A DNA stretch of 64,000 nucleotides from Candidatus Methanomethylicia archaeon (lineage in GTDB: Archaea > Thermoproteota > Methanomethylicia > CALHIW01), in assembly GCA_038845975.1 (NCBI GenBank), contig JAWBQF010000012.1, positions 1-64,000 on the forward strand, read 5' to 3'. The notes under the pieces are model-generated. The model made no database searches. It was not told where the DNA came from and saw nothing but the letters and a program-made list of their open reading frames with translations. Of this stretch, positions 31,069 to 41,550 are shown one piece after another. The position numbers and the translations under genes were made by a program. Within the stretch, counting starts at the first letter, position 1. Every line of letters begins with the position of its first letter.

Positions 31069-32355
31069 ATGAATGAAAGCTTATTTAAGATTAAAACTAT
31101 TAAGGCAAGAGAAATTCTTGATTGCCGTGGTGATCCTACCATAGAGGTTGATGTAATTACTGAGGGAGGAATAATTGGACGTGCAGATGCACCTACTGGC
31201 CGTTCAAGAGGGAGGTATGAAGCTTTTGAATTGAGAGATTATGAGAAAAGATATGGGGGATTAGGTGTTCAGAAAGCTGTAAGAATCGTTAATGAATTGA
31301 TTGCACCTCTCCTCAAGGGTATGGATGTTAGGAATCAGAGGGAAATTGACTATTCCATGATAGAATATGATGGAACCGAAAATAAATCAAGACTTGGAGG
31401 AAACAGTATAGTAGCAGTCTCCCTAGCTGTTGCTAAAGCTGCTTCCTCCTCTCTATCTATGCCCCTATACCGCTACATAGGGGGAACCAATTCATACATA
31501 CTCCCAGTACCGATGTTCCTCTATATTTGCGGAGGGAAACTTGCAGCTACAGATCTTGATTTTCAAGAATTTAGCGTAATGCCAATAGGTGCAAAAACCT
31601 TTACAGAAGCTCTTCGTATGGGTTCTGAAGTTTATCATACATTAGGTAAAATATTATCTAGGAAATATGGAAAATACTCTATAAATACTGGAGATGAAGG
31701 ATCGTTTTCACCTCCCGGTTTAAATGATCCTAGTGAAGTTTTTGAAGTTATATTGGAAGCTATTGAGGAGGAAGGATATGAAGGCGAGTTTATACTTGCT
31801 TTAGATGCTGCAGCTACACATATGTATAATGAGGAGACAGGAAAATATAGATATCGAGGAAGAGAGATTTCCCGTGAGCAGTTAATAGATGTTTATGAGG
31901 ATCTTGTTAAGACTTATCCATTAAAGTCAATAGAGGATCCATTACATGAAGATGATTTTGAAGGATTTGCAGAACTAACAAGTAAACTTAACATACAAAT
32001 TGTCGGTGATGACTTGTTTGCTTCAAACATAAAACGTTTAATTAAGGGGGTGGAAATACATGCTGCAAACACTGTTCTCTTAAAGGTTAATCAAGTAGGA
32101 ACCTTAACTGAAGCTCTTGAAACAGTATCTTACGCTAATAGGAATGGATATGGTATACTGGTTTCAGAAAGATCTGGACAAACAGAAGATACATGGCTTG
32201 CTGAGCTAGCAGTAGCAGTAAATGCTGGACAAATAAAGAATGGAGCGCCAGCTAGAGGTGAAAGAATAGCGCAATTTAATCAATTATTAAGAATAGAGGA
32301 GGAATTAGGTAAAATGGCAAAATATGCTGGAAGAAATTTTAGACTTCCACTTTAA
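31069..32355 (+). CDS. eno: Enolase-family protein, divergent active site
   Basis: AREILD.RG.PT, ELRD, QEF, GDEG, EDP, GDDL, LLKVNQ, RSG, NQLLRIEE, with several non-canonical substitutions; start ATG 31069 or 31054. Confidence 0.85.
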   Translation: MNESLFKIKTIKAREILDCRGDPTIEVDVITEGGIIGRADAPTGRSRGRYEAFELRDYEKRYGGLGVQKAVRIVNELIAPLLKGMDVRNQREIDYSMIEYDGTENKSRLGGNSIVAVSLAVAKAASSSLSMPLYRYIGGTNSYILPVPMFLYICGGKLAATDLDFQEFSVMPIGAKTFTEALRMGSEVYHTLGKILSRKYGKYSINTGDEGSFSPPGLNDPSEVFEVILEAIEEEGYEGEFILALDAAATHMYNEETGKYRYRGREISREQLIDVYEDLVKTYPLKSIEDPLHEDDFEGFAELTSKLNIQIVGDDLFASNIKRLIKGVEIHAANTVLLKVNQVGTLTEALETVSYANRNGYGILVSERSGQTEDTWLAELAVAVNAGQIKNGAPARGERIAQFNQLLRIEEELGKMAKYAGRNFRLPL

Positions 32356-32627
32356 ATTTCACTATATTAACCAGCAATTACTGAAGCTAGTTAAACAATA
32401 ATGATATTCATAGCTGAAAACATAGACATATGTTGAAATGTGGAGATTACTAGTATTCATCAATGCTAATGAAGTGCTTCCAAATAATACTCAATATAGA
32501 GATATGTAAACTGGAAATTCATAGTCAAATATAAAATTTAGAAACAACATAAATAACCTATTAAGACATATATTGGGGGAAATTAAAGTTATAAGGAAAT
32601 AAATTATATATCCTAATAGGTGAAGGT

Positions 32628-33438
32628 TTGAAGTCTTCTAAATCCCGTAAACGTATGAAATCCTACAAGCCCCGTAGAAGCATAGGAATTAAGTGGATTG
32701 CTGGCTTCACTATGCTTTTAATTGCCCTTCTTTCTATTTTATATTTTCAAGCTTCACCACACCAATCTCCGCAAACCCAGCGAAGCAATGTAAATGTTGA
32801 TTTTTCAAAGGCGGCCATAATTGATGGAATAGGACTTACTAAACCTAACCCCTGAATTTATTCAAAGTGTTAGGAAAATCTTGGAGAGAGCGGGATTAAA
32901 AGTTGACGTTTATCAGGGTGAGCAGGTAACTATAGATCTTCTTAACAATATTGGCGGATACGGTTTAATAATTCTTCGAGTACATAGTACAGTTTACGTG
33001 AAGTATGGTTTTCTATACCTTTTCAGCACAGAAAAGTATAGTAGAACTAAATATGTATATGAGCAGCTTCAAGGCGCATTTAAGGAAGCCTATACCTTCG
33101 ATGAAAGAGAGGGACCATACTTTGCTTTAAGAGCTGATCTTTTCGGAAGTGAAAACGGCCTAGTAGGCTCAACAATAATATTAATGGGCTGCAACGGTAC
33201 AAACTCAGAACATATGATTAATAAGCTTTTCGAGAGGGGAGTAAAAGCAATAATTGCATGGAATGGCTATGTAGATCTGGAATATACAGATAAAGTTACC
33301 TTAAACCTTCTAAAAACCGTTTATGAAGAAGGCTTAGATTTTCCGGAAGCCGTTGAGAAGATCATGAAGAACATGGGTTTAGACCCTGTATGGAAAAGCA
33401 AACTAGAATATTTAGCTAAACCAATCCCTAATAGTTAA
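32628..33438 (+). pseudogene. Membrane-anchored hypothetical protein split by a +1 frameshift
   Basis: Removing one C from the CCCC at 32849-32852 joins the two ORFs (..KPNPEFIQSVRKILERAG..). Confidence 0.75.
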
Positions 33439-33479
33439 GTTATATATTTCATATATTAACTGTGACGTTAGGAACTAAT

Positions 33480-34050
33480 TTAACTATAGAATTCATTGCT
33501 CTTTAATAAGATTTTACGCTGGTTTCTGATGTTTCTATGGATGTTCTTGATCCTTTCGAATTGGGGCTTGCTCTAGATTATTAAGTGGATTGACGGTGTT
33601 CTATACGTAGCTTTATGATGGCTAGGGATCATGAGAGTTATAGGTAGGATCTAAACGTTATTTCTGTAATTCTTGTAGGAGAACATTTAGTGATAAGACT
33701 GGTACGATATTCAATTACTCTAGGCTTAAGGATTGTTTATTCCAATACTACTATTCTAGACTTACATAATTCACTTATGGTTTAAGCTAACTTCTAGATA
33801 GATGTTCTATAACATTCTTCAAGGCTTTGAGGAAGATTATGTTAAAGCTTAGAGGTGGAATTGGTTGTATTGAGTTTAAATGTGCTGTAGACTAGTGAAC
33901 TCTACGTTAATGTCGGGTTAAGAGATAGGAACAGTAACATAGTATTAAACATCTAGTAGAGGAGCTAGACGAAGATCTTTCAATAAGTGTGAATTATGGA
34001 GTTAGAACAAAAACATTAAAGCAGTAAAAGAAATCCTAAACAATCTACAT
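33480..34050 (+). mobile_element. Degenerate IS1595-family transposase remnant
   Basis: Fragments RYFCNSCRRTFSDKTGTIFNYSRLK (Zn ribbon) and ELYVNVGL (DE.YV..G); many stops; boundaries approximate. Confidence 0.65.
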
Positions 34051-34156
34051 ACTATAGTCATAATAATCTTATTAAAGAGTGATGTTCTTTATATCTTAAG
34101 TTCATAATATATTATGTTTATAGAAAGATTTATAAAACGTAGTTATATTTGGATTT

Positions 34157-34558
34157 ATGAGTAAAATATCAATTATATTATCATCTGAAAGATTAGATAA
34201 GCTTTATCCAGCTTTAGTTTTAGCTAGTAGTGCAGTATCTATGGGTTGGAGTTCAGAAGTTTTCTTCACGTTCTGGGCTCTACTAGCTCTTAAGAAAGGC
34301 TATGAGCCAACCCAGCTAAGTAATGACTATTCAATTTATAGTGAAGAGTTTAAGAAGAAAGTAGGTATTGGTTTTCCAAGCTGGAGGGAAATGGTTAAGA
34401 TAGGTAGGGAGAAAGGGCTTAAAATATATGCCTGCTCAACAACTATGGATATTCTAGGAGTTAAAAAGGAGGATTTAGAGGATTTCGTAGATGGTATCGT
34501 AGGTGCACCTACATTCCTTAGTAAGGCTAGAGATTCTGATATTGTTTTATTCATATAG
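34157..34558 (+). CDS. DsrE/DrsE-family sulfur carrier
   Basis: VFFTFWAL..LKK, KIYACSTTM, IVGA.TFL. Confidence 0.88.
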   Translation: MSKISIILSSERLDKLYPALVLASSAVSMGWSSEVFFTFWALLALKKGYEPTQLSNDYSIYSEEFKKKVGIGFPSWREMVKIGREKGLKIYACSTTMDILGVKKEDLEDFVDGIVGAPTFLSKARDSDIVLFI

Positions 34559-34566
34559 GTGATTTA

Positions 34567-34791
34567 ATGGATGTTTTAGTTGTTGATGCTAGATACCAAT
34601 CATGTCCAGGACCACTACTTAAACTTATTGAAGCTATAAGAGAAGCTAAAACAGGATCTATAGTTAAGGTATTAGCTACAGATCCAGCAGCACCTGAAGA
34701 TATTAGGAATTGGACTGAAAATGTAGGTTATAAATTCATGAATTATAAGATAATAAATGATGTTTATGAAATATATGTTGAAATACGTTAA
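34567..34791 (+). CDS. tusA: TusA/SirA sulfurtransferase
   Basis: DARYQSCPGP, V.ATDP.A..DI..W. Confidence 0.9.
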   Translation: MDVLVVDARYQSCPGPLLKLIEAIREAKTGSIVKVLATDPAAPEDIRNWTENVGYKFMNYKIINDVYEIYVEIR

Positions 34792-34793
34792 GG

Positions 34794-36029
34794 ATGATAT
34801 TTATGAGTGAAGTTGTTAGAAGTGTTAGGGGTCTTCTTGAAAGCCATGGTGAACCATTAAGAGAAGTCTATCTAGACTCTGAAAACTCAGGATTAATACT
34901 TCCTGAAGCGTTAGAGGAGATGGTTAAGACTTATAGAGACTATGGCTATGGGCATCCATCAATAACTCATAAGCGGGGATGGGAAGCATACGAAATCATA
35001 CATAAAGCTACAGATATGCTAATGAGGCTTATAGGAGTAGGAGAAGGGGAGATAACGTATACTCATGGAGGAACTGAAGCTAACAATCTAGCTATAAGAG
35101 GATTAATAAATTATGCTAGAGAGAAGAAGAGGAGGAAAATTGTTTATTCAAGTATTGAGCATCTAAGCGTTAAGTTTCCAGCAGAAAGACTTCAGAAGGA
35201 GGGATTTAAAGTAGTTGAAATACCAGTAGATAAGGAGGGATTCATAAATATAAATGCTTTAGAAAGAGAAATTGATAAGGAAACTCTTCTAGTAAGTATA
35301 GCATGGGTAAACCATGAAATAGGTACAATACAAGACTTAAGAAGTATAGTTGAAATAGTTAGAGATAGAGATCCTGAAGTATATATACATACAGATGCAT
35401 GTGATGCTCTAGGTAGATTTAAACTGGATTTCAGAAAGATGGATGTTGATCTTGCCTCTTTCAGCAGCCATAAGGTTTACGGACCTAAAGGAGTAGGTAT
35501 GCTTTACTCCAAGCCGGAAGTAAGAATACATCCAATAATTTACGGTCAGCTTAGCACTCAAGAGCTATGGCCTGGAGTAGAGAATGTTCCAGCTATAGCT
35601 GGACTATACAAGTCACTTGAAAACATAGAGAGAAATCTTGATAACTATATGGGTAATATGAGGAGGCTTAGAGATAAGCTTATCAACAGTATTTTAACAT
35701 CCGTAAAGGATTCGGTTTTAAACGGTCCTATAGGGGATAGGAGAGCTATAGATAATGTTAATATAAGCTTTCTAGGATGTGAAGGGGAAGCATTAACGGT
35801 AGAGTTAAGTCTTAGAGGAGTATATGTATCCAGTGCAAGTGCATGTACTAGTAGAACTCTTATACCAAGCCATGTACTAATAGCTATAGGTAGAGACTAT
35901 GAGACTGCTCATGGAAGCCTATTAATGAAGATTACACCTATACATAGTGATAAGGATATAGAGTATACTATAGAGCAAATAGTAGAAGCAGTAGATAGAA
36001 TAAGATCTATAAGTCCAATGAGGAGATAG
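34794..36029 (+). CDS. iscS: Cysteine desulfurase
   Basis: GGTEANN, EH, N.EIG, SSHK.YGPKG (PLP Lys), SASACTS (catalytic Cys). Confidence 0.9.
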   Translation: MIFMSEVVRSVRGLLESHGEPLREVYLDSENSGLILPEALEEMVKTYRDYGYGHPSITHKRGWEAYEIIHKATDMLMRLIGVGEGEITYTHGGTEANNLAIRGLINYAREKKRRKIVYSSIEHLSVKFPAERLQKEGFKVVEIPVDKEGFININALEREIDKETLLVSIAWVNHEIGTIQDLRSIVEIVRDRDPEVYIHTDACDALGRFKLDFRKMDVDLASFSSHKVYGPKGVGMLYSKPEVRIHPIIYGQLSTQELWPGVENVPAIAGLYKSLENIERNLDNYMGNMRRLRDKLINSILTSVKDSVLNGPIGDRRAIDNVNISFLGCEGEALTVELSLRGVYVSSASACTSRTLIPSHVLIAIGRDYETAHGSLLMKITPIHSDKDIEYTIEQIVEAVDRIRSISPMRR

Positions 36030-36030
36030 G

Positions 36031-36516
36031 ATGAGTAGTAGGATACCTCTACCATACAGTAGTAGAGTTCTAGACCTCTTCAAAAACCCTAAAAATCTAG
36101 GTAGAATGGAGGATGCAAACATTTCAGCAGTAGCTGGAAGCCCAGCATGTGGGGATATGATAGCTATATATCTAAAAGTAAATGATAGCCAGGTAGTTGA
36201 GAAAGCATCATTTGAAAGCTATGGATGCGCAGCAAACATAGCTGCCTCAAGCATTTTAACAGAGATGATTAAAGGTAAAAAACTTGAAGAAGCCTGGAGA
36301 ATATCTTGGAGAAACATTTCAGATGAGCTTGGAGGACTTCCCTCAGTTAAATACCACTGTGGAATCCTAGCTGTAGGAGCATTAAGAAGAGCTATAAGAG
36401 AATATTTTAAGAATAGAGAGAAACCAAATTGGCTACCGGATACATTAACAATGGAGGAGAAACAAGCATTAGAAGAGGAAAAGCTAATTGAGGTTTTATC
36501 GAGGAGACTTAAATAG
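36031..36516 (+). CDS. iscU: Fe-S scaffold IscU/NifU
   Basis: YS..V.D.F.NP.N.G, PACGD, YGCAA, K.HC. Confidence 0.92.
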   Translation: MSSRIPLPYSSRVLDLFKNPKNLGRMEDANISAVAGSPACGDMIAIYLKVNDSQVVEKASFESYGCAANIAASSILTEMIKGKKLEEAWRISWRNISDELGGLPSVKYHCGILAVGALRRAIREYFKNREKPNWLPDTLTMEEKQALEEEKLIEVLSRRLK

Positions 36517-36720
36517 AAAATGAAAGCTAATAATCAGCATCAATAACAACCTTTAAATTGTCGTAGTTAATGTTAGAATCCTTATTAATGGTAGCTATAT
36601 AGAACCTATTAAGAACATAACGCCAAATATAAAGCTTCCATAAACAATAGTAATATTAGACTCCGTAAGGTTTAGCATTAAGCACTTATTAATAAGAATC
36701 AATATCTTAATTAGATAGAT

Positions 36721-36762
36721 TAATAACAGGGGGTGTAAGCTAATAACAGGGGGTGTAAGCTA
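36721..36762 (+). repeat. Perfect 20-bp tandem duplication spanning the SD of the ATPase gene
   Basis: TAATAACAGGGGGTGTAAGC x2, followed by TA. Confidence 0.9.
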
Positions 36763-37844
36763 TGTATTTTAAACTTGGAGTTAAGGAGTTGAAAAGTGAC
36801 TTCTTCAATTTTGAAGTAGAGTTAAACTCCTTTCTAAGGGAATTAAGAAGTAATGAAACAAGAATGATAGTAATAAGAGGAGTGAGAAGAACAGGGAAAT
36901 CCTCCCTACTAAGAGTAGGACTATTAGAATCAGGGTTTCCACACATAATCTTAGATGCTAGGAAATTCGGTATATTTAGCTCAGACTACATCTATGATAT
37001 AATAGCGGATTCCCTATCAAAGCTAGTGGAGAAATATAAGTCAATAACTAGATATCTAGGAAAAGTTAGAGGATTATCTCTAGCTGGATTTGAAGTTAGC
37101 TTTACATCAAGGGATAAAACAACAATAATTGACTCTCTGGAGAAGATAAATGAGTGGAGTATAAGGGAGGTGGGGCAGGTAATATTAGCTCTAGATGAAG
37201 CTCAAGATTTCCTAGTCTTCCCAAAGTTTGATGGTTTAGTCGCTCATATTTACGATTACCTAGATGGAATAAAAATAGTTCTAGCAGGTTCTGAGGTAGG
37301 AGTACTTGATAGGCTACTAGGTAAGAGAAGAGTGAATGCTCCCCTCTATGGAAGACCCTACTTTACAATAGCTATGGGTAGGCTACCGAAAAATAAAGCA
37401 GAGGAATTTTTAAGAAAAGGCTTTGAACAGATCGGAATTAAAGTATTAGATCACCATATAACTGAAGCTATAGATTACTTCGATGGAATTATAGGTTGGC
37501 TAACTAGCTATGGCTACTACACTTCAAAACTCGGTCATGAAGATGCTATAGTGAAAACACTAGAAGATGGAGTACGCTTAGTCGAGGAGGAAATAAAAAC
37601 ATTCTTAATGCAGAGGCTTCAAGCAAGATTAAGATATCTAACAATACTGAAAATTACCATATCCCCCTCAACATGGTCTGAAATTAAAACTGAATTCTCA
37701 GCTAGAATAGGTAGAAAGATAAGTGATAAGCAGTTAAGCCACTACCTAGCTGAACTAGTAAACTATGGATTTATTGAAAAGATAGATAATAAGTATAGAT
37801 TAGCTGATCCAATGATAAGATATGCTGTTTCAAGAATAAAATAA
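36762..37844 (+). CDS. Archaeal AAA+ ATPase (ATPase_2 family) with winged helix
   Basis: G.RRTGKSS, LDEAQ, GSE.G, PLYGR, GIIGWL, Y..ADP. Confidence 0.88.
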   Translation: MYFKLGVKELKSDFFNFEVELNSFLRELRSNETRMIVIRGVRRTGKSSLLRVGLLESGFPHIILDARKFGIFSSDYIYDIIADSLSKLVEKYKSITRYLGKVRGLSLAGFEVSFTSRDKTTIIDSLEKINEWSIREVGQVILALDEAQDFLVFPKFDGLVAHIYDYLDGIKIVLAGSEVGVLDRLLGKRRVNAPLYGRPYFTIAMGRLPKNKAEEFLRKGFEQIGIKVLDHHITEAIDYFDGIIGWLTSYGYYTSKLGHEDAIVKTLEDGVRLVEEEIKTFLMQRLQARLRYLTILKITISPSTWSEIKTEFSARIGRKISDKQLSHYLAELVNYGFIEKIDNKYRLADPMIRYAVSRIK

Positions 37845-37939
37845 AAATTAATTAAAATATTAAAGTAGAAGACAGTTATAATTGTATCAAAGCTTATAAA
37901 TAGAGTTTGTGGATATGATATATTTACTTTAACGATAAT

Positions 37940-39307
37940 TTAACTTCTTACTTTTCCTCTAGCTAGGGATGCTAGTATTCCTATAAAGCATAGAAATGAA
38001 TATGTTTGAAATGATGTTTTAATACTTAGCATTAACATTAAATATTTTTCAGGCGTTATTTCAATTCTTCCAAGAGTTATGGATGATATTAACATTACAA
38101 TCATCATACTAAGTACTTGACCTATAAACCTCATAGTTCCTAGAACTGCTGAGGCAACTCCATAAAATCTTTTATTAACAGAACTCATAACAGCATTAGT
38201 ATTCGGTGAACTGAATAATGCAAACCCTAATCCAAGAGTAAAAAGTATAGCTATTATTAGAGTTAGATGAGATTGCTGATCAATACTTGATAGTAGAAAT
38301 AAGCATACCGTAAGAATAGACATACCAGTAGATGCTACGATTCTAGGCTCAATCCTATCTGAAAGCCATCCAGCTAGAGGTGAGAAAATAGCCATTACAA
38401 TCGGCTGAATAGAGAGAATTAATCCAGTCTGCTGAGGGTTAAATCCCTTTAAGTATTGTAGGTATAAGCTTAGAAGATAGCTTAAAGCATAGGTTGAACT
38501 ATAATTTATAAGTGCAGCTATATTAGAGAAGGTAAATGTAACATTTCTAAACATTCCCAATTCTAAAACAGGATTTTCAACTCTTAAACTCCTCAAAATG
38601 AAAACTATAGAGGAAAGTAAGCCAATAACTATTAACGGTATACTTATAGAGCTTGGATATATTGATACTCCGTAAATCAATGATGTAAGCATTAATGAGT
38701 AAAATACTGATCCGGTAAAATCAAATTTCTCATTACAAGCCTCAATACTTTCCTCTCTAAGAAGAATATATGCCAATGTAAGAGCAACTAGACAAATAGG
38801 TATGTTTACTAGGAAAAGACTTCTCCATCCAAAACTATAGGTTAATAATCCGCCTATAAACGGTCCAGTACTTAAGCCAATATATACAGCTGATGTATTT
38901 ATACCTAGTACCTTACCCCTCTCACTAGGGGGGAAGATTGATGTAAGAATAGCTATAGCAGTACTTGAAACCATAGCTCCACCCATACCCTGAATAAATC
39001 TTGAAAATATTAATAGATAAGTAGAGTTTGAAAGAGTTGAAGCAAGAGAACTAAATAAATATATTGTTAAACCCATCATAAACACTTTTTCCCTCCCCTT
39101 AATATCAGCATACCTACCGAATGGAATAAGAAAAATAGCTAGTGAAAATAGGAAGGAGGTTACAACCCAATTCAAAAGGAAGACATCAAGTCTAAACTCA
39201 GCTCCTATTATGGGGAGAGCTATATTAATAGATGAAGACATGAAGGGAATAAGAAAGGAAGCAACACCACAAGTAAACAGTGAAGCCCATCTAGTATTCC
39301 CCCTCAT
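37940..39307 (-). CDS. MFS transporter, DHA2/EmrB-like
   Basis: G..AD..GR, ERG...G, GP.IGG, G.LSDR; 14 TM. Confidence 0.9.
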   Translation of the reverse strand: MRGNTRWASLFTCGVASFLIPFMSSSINIALPIIGAEFRLDVFLLNWVVTSFLFSLAIFLIPFGRYADIKGREKVFMMGLTIYLFSSLASTLSNSTYLLIFSRFIQGMGGAMVSSTAIAILTSIFPPSERGKVLGINTSAVYIGLSTGPFIGGLLTYSFGWRSLFLVNIPICLVALTLAYILLREESIEACNEKFDFTGSVFYSLMLTSLIYGVSIYPSSISIPLIVIGLLSSIVFILRSLRVENPVLELGMFRNVTFTFSNIAALINYSSTYALSYLLSLYLQYLKGFNPQQTGLILSIQPIVMAIFSPLAGWLSDRIEPRIVASTGMSILTVCLFLLSSIDQQSHLTLIIAILFTLGLGFALFSSPNTNAVMSSVNKRFYGVASAVLGTMRFIGQVLSMMIVMLISSITLGRIEITPEKYLMLMLSIKTSFQTYSFLCFIGILASLARGKVRS

Positions 39308-39621
39308 ATAGCTAACATAAAGCTCCTCTATAAATATTTACTGCGTAGATGGACTCTTAATAACTTCATTAAGGCTACGTGGAGGCTACTCAACAAGTAT
39401 AGGAGTTTTGCATGCAGCTCCATTAGAGATTTAGCGTGTTCAACTATAATATAGATAGTTAGCCTTACAGCCATCATTGATTAGTAGATTAATATATAGG
39501 CTTAACATTATGTTTAGACCATCCATTAATAAACATAAAACAATATTAGCAGCTATACCTAACAATGCAATTAGGAGACTTCATAAAACACGATTAGAAT
39601 TCAATACGTAAAATTTAATTA

Positions 39622-41004
39622 CTATATTACAACTATTATTGCTATATCGTTTACATTTGTACCTGTTGGTCCGGTAAAGATAAGGTCACCTATTCTTGAA
39701 AAAAATGTGTAGGAGTCATTATTTATTAAGTAATCCATCATGTTTAAACCTAGATTCTCCGCTCGAATTCCTGTTTCTCCATCGATTATAGCTCCAGCAG
39801 CATCAGTCGGTCCATCAATACCATCAGTACTTATAGCTGCTATAGCTACACCGTTTACTCCTCTTATTCTTGTAGATGCGCTTAAAGCAATCTCCTGGTT
39901 TCGACCACCTATACCACTACCAGTAACAGTTACTGTTGTTTCTCCACCTAGTACTATTGCAGCAGGTTTAGGAATAGGGTTTCCTGAAGTTAATACTTCA
40001 AATGCTATAGAGGAAAGTATTAAACCCATATTTCTCGCCTCCCCTTCCATGAATGATGTTAGAAATAAAGTATTTAATCCTTGATGTTGAAGCTTCTTAA
40101 TAGCTGCTAGACATGCAAGTCTATTATTACCTATAATGATGTTATGTACCTTCTCGAAAACCTTATCTCCAGGTTTAGGTGTTTCAGGAATTAATCCCTT
40201 AACCCCATTAGTTAAAACATCTCTAATTGAAGCTGGAGCTTTATCCCATAGATTATATCTCTTTAAAATGTTAATAGCCTCTATAAATGTAGTTGGGTCT
40301 GGAACTGTTGGGCCTGAAGCTATAACGTCAAGACGATCACCTACAACATCAGAAAGAATTAGACTAACTAGAGTTGCAGGGTAAGCTTCCTTAGCAAGCA
40401 TTCCACCCTTAAAATTGGATAAGTGTTTACGAATAGTATTAATTTCATTAATATTAGCTCCTGATCTAAGTAGCATTTCAGTTATTCTTCTCTTATCATC
40501 TAGGGAAACCCCCTGACAAGGTATAGTCATTAAGCTTGATCCTCCTCCTGAAATTAGACAAATTACTAAATCATCACTTCCAGCTTTACCAGCTAACTCC
40601 ATAATTTCTAATGCTCCCCTAACACTATTTTCATCCGGTACTGGATGGGAAGCTTCATAAAGTCTTATTCTCCTAGTTCTATACTGACTGGATGTTCCTC
40701 TAGGAATAACTACTACTCCATCCTCTATTCGATTCTTTAAAACCTCCTCTAATGCTTCAGCCATAGAGCCGCTTGCCTTTCCACCACCAATAACAAATAT
40801 CCTTCTAAACCCGGATAGCTTAAATCTTAAACCATTAACTTCCAGTAAATCATCAGATAGAGTGATCTTCGACTTTATAAGACCTCTTGGATCTACAGAT
40901 TTCAAAGCCTCTTCAATAGCACTTAAAGCTATTTCTCTTGCTCTTCGAGTTAGAGGTGATGAAGCATTATTTAATAAATTCATCCAATTCCTAATTCTAA
41001 ACAT
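39622..41004 (-). CDS. gck: Glycerate 2-kinase (MOFRL), canonical
   Basis: GGGKA, HPVPD, ISGGGS, SDVVGD.LDVIASGPT, GGETTV, GGRNQE, TDGIDG, GPTGTNVND. Confidence 0.9.
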   Translation of the reverse strand: MFRIRNWMNLLNNASSPLTRRAREIALSAIEEALKSVDPRGLIKSKITLSDDLLEVNGLRFKLSGFRRIFVIGGGKASGSMAEALEEVLKNRIEDGVVVIPRGTSSQYRTRRIRLYEASHPVPDENSVRGALEIMELAGKAGSDDLVICLISGGGSSLMTIPCQGVSLDDKRRITEMLLRSGANINEINTIRKHLSNFKGGMLAKEAYPATLVSLILSDVVGDRLDVIASGPTVPDPTTFIEAINILKRYNLWDKAPASIRDVLTNGVKGLIPETPKPGDKVFEKVHNIIIGNNRLACLAAIKKLQHQGLNTLFLTSFMEGEARNMGLILSSIAFEVLTSGNPIPKPAAIVLGGETTVTVTGSGIGGRNQEIALSASTRIRGVNGVAIAAISTDGIDGPTDAAGAIIDGETGIRAENLGLNMMDYLINNDSYTFFSRIGDLIFTGPTGTNVNDIAIIVVI

Positions 41005-41550
41005 AACTTCTATAACTATTATAGATATTTATAGATTTAGATTAATTAAAAATACAGTCCTAAGTAAATTCTCCTGCAATTATTAATCTAGCATCTAAAC
41101 CCATAAATTATTCATTTATAGCTTTACGGCTTAGCTTCTAATTCAAAATTTATGTGAAGTACGAAATCTTAATAATCACTCCATATAGTATTTAATGGAT
41201 AAGATATGGAGCAAGTAATTAAATCACATTATTATATTAAGCTATATTGAAGTGGTAGATTAGAAATCCGCAGTTTTCCACTAATACTATTATAGAAATT
41301 AAACTTAAATGTAAAATCTTCAGCCATAAAAGCTATTATATATCTTAAGATTCTAAGGTAAATGTATGCTTCACTATTAAGCCCAAATAATGAATAGGGA
41401 TAGAATAGCATGTAGATACTAATAAATACGCTATTTAGTAAGATTGTTGTGGCTGACATTAAGATCTTCATTAATTTAATGTTTCCAATAATGACAACCA
41501 TACAGAACTTATTAAAGAACGGATAAATATATGTTAGAGATAACTTTAAT

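Noticed and set aside
32853-32855. TGA as possible selenocysteine/readthrough
   Set aside because: The downstream ORF is in a different frame; a 1-bp insertion explains it.
36721-36762. Possible CRISPR repeat
   Set aside because: Two directly abutting copies, no spacers, no cas genes.
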